A stretch of 64,000 bases of DNA, taken from assembly GCF_009914755.1 (NCBI RefSeq), contig NC_060932.1. One strand, written 5' to 3'. The notes beneath the pieces are model-generated. The model was not told where the DNA came from. It worked only from the letters and a program-made list of their open reading frames with translations, and did no database searches. How positions within the stretch are numbered: position 1 is the first letter of the stretch; each line of letters opens with the position of its first letter. The DNA comes from the human T2T-CHM13v2.0 reference genome, Homo sapiens. This document shows, piece after piece, positions 54,700-64,000 of this stretch. A program made the position numbers and the translations under genes.

Positions 54700-55520
54700 A
54701 GTAAAAAATTTAGGAAATACAGTATACAAAGCATAAAGAAAATAACTCATAATCCCACCATACAGAGATAACCTATGCTACTATTTTAAAATACTCATTT
54801 CTATTTTAGTTTTGCCCATTCACAAATAGATAACTTTGGAATTCTTATGACTATATCATGTATTCAGATTTATATTTGTTTATTTTATTTACATTAGCAT
54901 CTCTAAAAATTAATGTTTAATATCTAATTACAGTTAATTGAACAAAATTTGTTTAAATATCTCAATGTTGCTTGAGAATTTCTGCTTAAAACATTTACTC
55001 TTATAGATATTACCATAAAAAACATTTTGGGCTGCATATCTGAACATCTGCTTAGAGTCCTAGATGTGGAATTGTTTTTACAAAATTATAATTCTTTAAA
55101 GTATATAAAGATATTTTGTATGCATTGATAAATTATTCTTTAAAAACGTTGTGCTTACTAAGATTCTAAGAATAATTAAGACAATGTTAATTTCACAGCA
55201 TCCTCATTAGCATTAGTTGTTATGATTTTTAAATACTTAAAACTTGATAATCAAAAATCTTATTACAGTTTTGCTTTACCAACATTTACTTAATTTGAGT
55301 TCACAATAAGTGATGAGTCAGTCTTTTTTATTTTTAGTTTTTTGTACTTCTTTAGTAGTTATCCATTTTAGTCCTTTATCATTTTGGTGGGTGATTTTTC
55401 TCTTTTTCATTTTTGTAATACTTTTGTAAAAAATAACTAAGTGGATTATAGCATAATTAAGGTACTTTAACTTAGTAATTTTCTTCTGAACATTAATACC
55501 ATCTACCAAAATGCAGAATC
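54700..55520 (-). mobile_element. L1ME-like 3' relic
   Basis: CATAATCCCACCATACAGAGATAAC...CCTAGATGTGGAATTG...CACAGCATCCTCATTAGCATT. Confidence 0.55.
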
Positions 55521-55637
55521 AGAGAGTAATCTTGAATGAGGAAATCCTGTGAGTCTATATTAGAAGTCTCATAAACTTTGTGATTCTATTAAGCATATGG
55601 TTACTAGTCACTTCCGCACAAGAATTTTAAAACAGTT

Positions 55638-55976
<339 letters not shown>

Positions 55977-55984
55977 TCACAGAG

Positions 55985-56598
55985 GATAGATTTTTAAGGA
56001 AATGAGAAAATCTGTTAAAGCATGGGTTAAGATGAGGAGGAGGAATGGACACTGCAGAGAGGGAATAGCACTTAGGCACAGAGGGAGAAATGAAAGAACG
56101 TAAGTCTTAAGGAGTTCAAGTAGCTGTGTACTGCAAAAGAGTAGGGGAATTAGGAAAGTTGATGCATAAAAGTGGAGAGATGGGCAGGGATGGGATCAGT
56201 TTAAATAATAAGAGGATTAAGCAAGGTAGTTACCTGTGCAAATCTGTGCTGTAGAATGATATATTTCATAGTATCAAAGAGAGTTTTAACAAAGAAACAT
56301 AAAGGGACACACATATTTCTACTAACATAGTCCTTATTACAGCTGTAGACTCTAACACAGGCATCACTAGTAGAAGTGGAAATGGAGAGATGCACATTTG
56401 AAAAAGACAGTTGAGGAGCCTGGTTGAGTGGAAAGAGGCAAAAAGCAGACACATCTGGTCTATAAAGATAGGAGCACAATTCAGAAAGATAAGGGCTCTG
56501 AGAATATAAAGTTTGGAGAGACACAATGAGGTTCATTTTGATGATGTCGATTTTCGGTGCCTGCAGATCATCCAGGTAGTAATATGCACTAAGTAGTG
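55985..56598 (-). mobile_element. L2 relic, left piece (appears to continue at ~58549-58760)
   Basis: GTTCATTTTG...GGTGCCTGCAGATCATCCAGG is followed in the L2 consensus by sequence resembling ATATAAGTCTG...GTCAGAGCTGGGGAT at ~58557. Confidence 0.6.
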
Positions 56599-56849
56599 AT
56601 TTTAGGGTTTTCAGAAAATTGGCTTCTGGTAATTGACTTTTGAATTATTTATTACAGTTCAGCAAGCTTCTCGAAATTAAATTGTTTGCACCACAGGGGC
56701 AGTTTTTCACAGGCTGATCACTCCTGTGTTTTATTATCAGTAATTCTGGATCTGTATCCTTTTTATTCCAACTCTGGTTTCCTTTATTCAAATGCTGCTT
56801 GTCTCCACCAGCTGGGTGACCACACCTTCTCACTTGGTCCCTCTGATTT

Positions 56850-57255
56850 CAAGTGCACCCCCTACCAAAACATTCTCCAACTGTGGCTAAAGCAACTTAT
56901 CTAATGCATACGATTTAAGATTAACTACATTATTATTTCTTACGGACTTTAGAAAACAACCTGGAATACACAAATTTATAGGGTGTGTTCATCTTACCTC
57001 TTAATATTCATCTTTTACCCCAAATTCCCACCATACTTAAAAACCTGTCTTGATACTTTAGCTCATGTCCCCTCCTTAAAGCTGAAATACGAATCTTTTG
57101 TCATAGTCTATAATAATTATTGACTTCTCTCTCTTCTCTACTAACTGAAGTATTCTCAAGAAAATATCTTGTTTATCTTAACACTTAGAAACCCTAGCAC
57201 CTAACTCTGTGTCTGACATTTGGAGGGCACTCAAAATATGTTTAATAAATGAATT
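56850..57255 (+). mobile_element. L2 3' relic
   Basis: CCCTAGCACCTAAC...GTCTGACAT...GCACTCAAAATATGTTTAATAAATGAAT. Confidence 0.65.
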
Positions 57256-57319
57256 CTGTTTCCTCTAAGAGAAAGCACTATTCATTATTGAAGAAGATTT
57301 CTGATGGAAATCTATATAG

Positions 57320-57840
57320 TGTATCAGTCAGGATCCAGACAGGAAGACAAAAAACATACTAAGTGTTTCAATAGAAAGAACGTATGTTTAGAAGCTGCTA
57401 AAGGATAAATAAAGTGAAACACTGAGGTGTCAGATAGGAAATAACAGCAGCTTCCATCTCTAGAGCTGGAGAAACAAAGGCAAACGTTTGGGTCTATAGA
57501 AGGCATAGGTTCGCTGAAAGGATCCCAAAGATCTGAGACCCAGTTCTCAAAAAACAGGGAATCACTCATCTCATTGTAGTACATCTGAGAAGGCATAAGG
57601 AGGCTGTTTTGAAAAGTGCTACAAGAATCTGGAGAATTGAATAAAAATCCACACTGGAGCTTCACTGCCAGTAAAAACAAAGCAAGAATACAGGAACACA
57701 GGAAAATGCCAGGGTTTTCTCTCCTCCTTTTTCTTTCTGTCTGCTTTCTACCACCCCTTACTTGTGGAACCCAGTGGAAAGTCACCTGACAAAGAATAAA
57801 TTGAGTTTGCAGAGTCCCAGCCTGGGCACCCAAAACAGAG
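57320..57840 (-). mobile_element. Ancient LTR, family not determined
   Basis: Begins TGTATCAGTCAGGATCCAGACAGGAAGACA, typical of reverse ERVL/MaLR LTR ends. Confidence 0.55.
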
Positions 57841-59169
57841 TCTAAATTTGTTTTGTTTTGTTAGTCCCTAAAATCAAAATAGATGGATACATTTGAAGTT
57901 TAGTGAATAGCTTAATAACCAGAATATGCATAATGATAATGCAATATGATAATGAAAGACAGGAGTTATCAGCCTGTGAAAAACTGCTCATCTGGTTCAA
58001 ACAATTTAATTTTGGGAAACTTGTTGAACTCTAATACATAATTCAAAAGTCAATTACCAGGAGTCAATTTTCTGAAAACCCTAAAATCCTAAAACCCTAA
58101 CATCACTACTTAGTACATATTCCTGCCTGAATGATCTGCAGGCACTGAAAGTAGACATGATCAAAATGAACCTCATTGTGTCTCTTCAAACTTTGTATTC
58201 TCAGAGCCTTAAAACTTTACCCTAATACCCTAATAAGAAAAATAAATGAGCATTCCGGACAAATAAAAACCACAATCATTCACAATAAAATAAACACAAA
58301 AATGAAACGATTTACCAATGTCCTAAAACATTAAAGACAGATCTTGCTTATGTCTAGTCATTATGATGTAATGTGTCAAAGAAAAATGAGCTCACTGAAT
58401 CCATACATGCACCTTGAATGGTGTGCCAGGTCTCAACACTGATTGGGAATACATTACCAAGTAGAGGTGCTGAATTAACCTTGCGCTGATTTCACATAAT
58501 GGCTTTGACTAACATTTTTTGGCATTGACTCTTCTTGTGGGAACAAAAGTGTCAAATATAAGTCTGCACCCCAGGGAATATGTCAGAGCTGGGGATTGAA
58601 TTTGTGGATTCTTCAACATTTATGTAAAACTATGGAAGAGGGTAAAATCTCCTAAGGGAATTCGTAAGAAAAGATAAAATACCCAAGGTGGTACTTGAGA
58701 AGCAATAATATTTAAAGTTTATGGCAGGGATGGAGAGAGAAAAGAAGAAATTGGAAAACACTAAGACACAATTCAGAAAAGATGCTATCACATTGTGGTT
58801 TTAATTTGCTTTTTATTAAAATTCAATTGAACATTTTCCTCATCTTTAGAGGTCATTTTTATATGAAAATTATCTATTTACGTGCATTAAATTTTATTTG
58901 GGGACATTCATGTTTTTCTTTTAGACATTTGTATGAACCATTAAATATAAAGTTGAGATAGTCAAATAGTAGAAAATCTTTAGTGACATCATTCTTACTG
59001 TTCCTCTGAAACAGCCTTGAATTTTAGTTGCAGTTTAAGAAATATTGTGCCAAAAATACAAAATGTTTTGGAAAAGCCCAAATATATGGAAATGCAGGAG
59101 AAGATGTGCCAGTGTTCTCTTTAGCTCTTCCCTCCCTTGCCTTTTTTATTTTGGTAGGCAGAATCCAAA

Positions 59170-59415
59170 TATAGTGTTTAAGAGTGGGGGTAGTAGATGT
59201 CTGTAAAGATGACTTCCTGGATTTCAATCTCATTTTGACCATTTACAAGCTGTGGGCTCCTGAGCAAATTATGTGTTTTCTCTGTGACTCACTTTCCTTT
59301 TCTCTAAAATGAAGACGAAAATATATGTCACTAAGTAAGGTGATTTTGAATATGAATTAGTTGATGCATAAAGACAATTTAGATCACTACATGCACATAG
59401 GAAACATCTAATAAA
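59170..59415 (+). mobile_element. MIR
   Basis: CCTGGATTTCAATC...CTCTGTGACTCACTTTCCTTTTCTCTAAAATG. Confidence 0.7.
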
Positions 59416-59632
59416 TAAGAACTTTTACATTTAGTCATCCCTGCACTCTTTTTGACTAGCACAATACTGGCATATTCTGTTAGAATTGATCTCTCTCTCT
59501 CTCTCTGTCAGTGTATTTTTAAAAAATCATATTTCACAAGCAAGAAAGCCAAAGCCTAAAGATACTGATATTTTAACCCCCAAAGCAACAAATGGGGACT
59601 CAATGCCAATCATAGCAATTAGACTACATTCA

Positions 59633-59817
59633 CCAATCTTCTTAAAAATGTGATCCACAGACCACTACATCAGAATAAACTGCAGTGGTTATTAAATAAG
59701 ATTACTGAGCCTCACTTAGTTTTACCGAAAACAATCAATTTGGATTAAGCCCAAAAATTTCATTGCAAACTATTACTTCAAATGTTTCTCAAGCACACTA
59801 AATCAGAAAGTCATTGT
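59633..59817. mobile_element. MER5-type hAT MITE
   Basis: TGTGATCCACAGACCACTACATCAGAAT...GCACACTAAA. Confidence 0.55.
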
Positions 59818-62404
59818 GCCGAAGAAAATATGATCCAAAATTTACACGAAAGAGTGACATGAAAGAAGAGAGCTTCCCGCAATGGCAATATAAAGCATAT
59901 ACATTATAAAGCATTTCAGATTTTTAAAACTAAACCTGGGAAAATGATCTTTTTGAGCAAGAAAGCCAAGGAACATTTTGAATTGGCAGTGTTCCTATAT
60001 ATAAGACCATTCTGTTGCCTCTTAAAAAAGATTAAAAACAAATGAAATGATGGTTTAGATTGTGAAATTCAAATTATTTTTTAATCATTAATTGCATACA
60101 TACTTGCTGGTTTCATTGTTAAGGATCCAACAGTGTTGGAGGAATGAAGACAGAAATTTCTTCCATCATTTTAGTATAGTTACATCACAATAAGTGACCT
60201 CATATGAATGAGACTGGAATGAGATAATGTCTGTAAAACTTTTTGTAAACTGTAAAATGTAATAGGCTGATAAATGACTTTTACGAATACAGCAGTAATT
60301 CTATATCACTTGTCCAATTTATGCAAGCCTTTAATAATCAGCATATACATTAGGAAGCTACTGTCTTTCAAGTACCACATGAGGCAATGAAGGAACAAAG
60401 ATAAATAAGATAAAATCCATACTTTCGAAGTATTCATAATAAATTTTATGATTGCAGTGAAGAACAGAAACAAGGGGACTTTAAATCCTCTTAGAGGAAG
60501 TAAAATATGTATGGGAGGTTGGAGAGGACCTCAAAATGCAAATGTAGACAGACTTTAAAAGGAGAATCCAGAAGAAGCAGAAGAAGGAATTTAAAAGGAG
60601 GATCCAGAAAGAAAAAGAACATGACAATGATTGGCAGAAAAGGGGGATGAGGAACAAGAAGGGAAAAAGAAGAGGAAGTAAAAAGGAAGAGAAAGATAAT
60701 GAAACAAAGCAAAAGCATTTGGATTAGCAACAATATAGATGCAGCTGCTAACATGTAGTTCTTACTAAGTGTGGAAAACTAATCTAAATGTATTACTGTC
60801 ATTTTCTCATGTTATCCCCACATCTCATCTAAATACTCTTAATTTGACACCTAATACTGTAGTTGAACAATTGAATGGGAAACTGGACAGAAGAACAGTA
60901 TCAGGGAGAAGAACCAGAAGCATATTATATTGTGGCATATTCATCTAGTCCTGTTGAACCAGATATCCCGCTATGTTTTGGGGAGGGTTAAAGATAAGCC
61001 TGAATAGGCCAGAAAGGGATGCATTAATTTATTCATTCCACCAGTATTTGATTATCTTTATATGCTATGCTAAGGTATATAGGTAACACAGAGCTAAAAT
61101 ATAAGATTTTTCATAGCGGACATCCCATAATCAGATTTGTATTTCATGTGCAGGATTAAGATGAGGCAAGAGACAAACATAATAGTTCCCATGAAAAATA
61201 GTATCAGCATGAAGTAAAAAGTGGCAATGGAATATAATGGAGATATAGGATATTAATTAATTCAAGGGAGAAAATGAGGAAGAGAAACCAGATATTTAGA
61301 GTAGATGAATGAATAATACATTGTGGTACTATCTCCTGAAAAAAAAATTTAAAACAGAAGATAATTAATTTGCTTTTTACCTTTGACCATCTGATTTGTC
61401 ACGTAGCCCATTAAATTGGAGTTATTTAGTACCTTTTTTAGCCATTTGATTGAATTTGACCAACATCTTTAATTTTTAAAAAATTTTTGTTTGCAGCAAT
61501 TAAACCAACGTCTGGCACTTAGCTGGTCACCACACATGGTAGTTATATTGAACTGAATATTTGTACTATATTTCTTACAAGAGACCACCAAGCTAAAAAA
61601 TTCCCATAAAAAATTCAATCTAAAGAAAAACATTTACATTGTTACAGTTGCTAAGGTTCTTAATTTACCAGCATACATTCCTTTAAGAAAAGATATCTTC
61701 AGCTATTTGAATTGCGCTTTTCACAATTTTAGCTTTATTGATTTCTATTTCAAAAATATTTTTAGCAAACAGATATTAGCTACTGAGTCAAATTTGGTAA
61801 TCAAATAAAATACCTGCTTATCATGAGCCTCTAAAGCACCATGGGAATAATTAAAACATGAGTGTAAGAGCGCTGGAAGTTTTTGAGTTACAGATGCTTT
61901 TGAGGACATAGCAAATACTCTTTCTCTTCTCTTTTTCTACCTCTACCTCATTACTGGGTAATATTTGTAAAAATAAATCAAGATGTAAAATGACATCTTA
62001 CAACAAAGTTTTTAATAAAATATAAAATGTCTACTGGGATTCATAGTCAGTTTGTGTGACTCAGTATGATGAAAATCTACTCACCTGTGGCTAATTCCCA
62101 CTGTTAACAGCATGGAATAGACCAAGAACACATATTCAGGACAAAAGGAATATTCTCTTGCACTTTAAATTGAATACTTTAAACACAAACTTTATTATTT
62201 CTCATAAGGAAATTTATCCTCTTCATGTTCTTCCTAAATTAGTAAAATTACAATCCAATCTCTAAAGCTAAAAACAATAAAAACAACAAAAACAAAACCA
62301 CAAAAAACTTGGGCCCTCAGTTTGCTCTCTTTATTCCCCACCATCAGTTTATCCTCTTATCTTTCCCACAAAATATTAATGTAAAAATAGAGCAATTACA
62401 AAAA

Positions 62405-62900
62405 AAGTGGCTAATGTATTGAAGACTTTTGATGTGCCATATATTGACCTAAGCATTTCTATGCATATCATTTTATTGTCATCATTAAAACAATCTCTGG
62501 GGTAGAAATTTACACTGTCTTTACTCTGCCCTTGAAGAAACTAAATTGTAAAAAGTTTATGTAACTTGCCCAAGGACACACATGTTTTCAAAGTCAAATT
62601 GTCTGAATTTAAATTCAGGCTGATTCACCATATGCTAGCTGTTTGATCCTGGAAGAATTACTTAATCAATTTAAGACCTAGAGTGACAAACTATCTCAGT
62701 TTATACAGGACTGAGGGGTTTCCCCAAACAGGATTTTTAATGCTAAAATTGAGATGGTCCTGGGACAAATGATTACCCTTCCCTCTTTGAAAAGTGAGCA
62801 CAGTAAAAGTGCCCACCTTTAAGGATTCTTATGAATATTAAATGATACTATATAGCATCTAGCATGGTGACTGACTCAGTATTTAATAACTGAATTCTTT
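62405..62900. mobile_element. Opposed MIR relics
   Basis: GAAGAAACTAAA...GTAACTTGCCCAAGGACACACA (minus), then CTGAATTTAAATTCAGGCT...TTACTTAATC (plus). Confidence 0.6.
62680..62780. mobile_element. MER81/MER94-like hAT-Blackjack MITE inside MIR
   Basis: TAGAGTGACAAAC...GGACTGAGGGGTTTCC...TGCTAAAA...TTACCCT. Confidence 0.7.
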
Positions 62901-62929
62901 CTGACATTATTGCTATTATTTTCTGTTTC

Positions 62930-63700
62930 ATTTTCTTTATCCTAGACTCCATTGTTATACTGCATTGTGTGTATTATTGCCCAGGTTATTTTATAAAACC
63001 CAGACTGATAGTGTCACACTTGCTAAAAATGTGATGACTCCACATTGTCAATTTAACAAAGTATTTACTATGGAATATAAGATTCTCTCCATTCTTTCCA
63101 CTTATAGTGAACTTTTTTGAGACAATACATGAGGTGGACACAGGGCAAGTTCCCTGGGCTTATTTATTTCTATCCTCTGAATCTTACATCTGCTTTTTCT
63201 TTCAAATCTGTTACTGTCCCCAGCCTGTACACCCAACATATCAATGCCAAAACAATCTCCATGCAGTATTTCACTGACCCAGGAGATTTCCTTTCTGTAG
63301 AATTTTCTCTCCTAACTTCTTAAATTGAAGAAATATTTTTATACTTTAGGACCCAGGTATACATTTCCTCTGTGGAACATTTTCTAAAATTTGAGAATAA
63401 ATTTACTGGACTTCCTGATTATCTTCATTACAGAGTACATCACATTTTTAATTAATTAATTAATTAGTTTATTCTATTTCTTCCATCACTAGGTTGTGAA
63501 CTCCTTCAGAAGTTTTCATGATATTTTGTAATTACAGAAAATATCACTCCTCTAAAGATCAGTAAAATCAATAGATTAACAAGGGAACGCTTTGTCTTAT
63601 TATCTTTTATATTTACAGCTGTTCAGCCAAGGGTCTAACACTTAAAAAGGAACTGACAATTCTTCAAGAATAAGTGACTAAATGAAGGAATGAATGATGT
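62930..63700 (+). mobile_element. L2 3' relic
   Basis: CCTAGACTCCATTG...CACTAGGTTGTGAACTCCTTCAG...AATGAAGGAATGAATGA. Confidence 0.6.
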
Positions 63701-64000
63701 GTTTAAATAGGCACTGTATTTTGGCATTGTTCTCTGATGAGTTTACACATTTATTCTAATCATACTTTTATTTCTCAAAATGTATCATGGAAAGTATCTG
63801 GAACCTATTTCAGACCCTACATCTTGAAAACCTTAGAAGAAATCAGCTTATGCCTGCAAAATAACATTTCTAACTGTTATCTCAATATGAAAACCTCATA
63901 TTTGGAGAGGCAGAAGAAAGATGCTTCATGTTGTCAACAGCACTGGGAAAGCACCTTGATTTATCAGAAGTCGACAAGGCACTGGAGAAATAGAAACTGC

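Larger units (their letters stand above)
56491..58210. repeat. ~250-bp inverted repeat with ~1.2-kb spacer
   Basis: 56491-56739 is the reverse complement of 57947-58210, with scattered substitutions and one ~15-bp indel. Confidence 0.95.

Noticed and set aside
57324-57833. Longest ORF (169 aa, minus strand)
   Set aside because: Coincides with an LTR-like element, has a non-ATG start and shows no recognisable domain.
60554-60720. Purine-rich tract with a 20-bp repeat and hydrophobic antisense ORF
   Set aside because: Low-complexity DNA. The apparent membrane peptide is a compositional artefact.

Overview
AT-rich, gene-poor human genomic DNA (intergenic or deep intronic). The human call rests on diagnostic positions in three young Alus (Ya5, Yc1/Yc2-like, Yb8-like). 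No intact protein-coding gene, RNA gene or CRISPR array is supported. The only gene-derived sequence is a full-length processed RPL18 pseudogene (49566-50229) with a TSD. Most of the remainder is decayed transposons: a nested L1 stack at ~0.2-11.8 kb, Alus, MaLR LTRs, hAT/Tigger elements, and L2/MIR/CR1 relics. Repeat subfamily names come from recalled consensus sequences and many boundaries are approximate. The most unusual observations are: (1) the RPL18 retrocopy appears to have gained CpGs and a G4/GC-box insert, like a new CpG-island promoter; (2) several local templated duplications or inversions, one of which splits an L2 and has TTAGGG/CCCTAA hexamers at its junctions; (3) two non-repeat motif clusters that look like enhancers. 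I cannot support a novel multi-gene system from this sequence.
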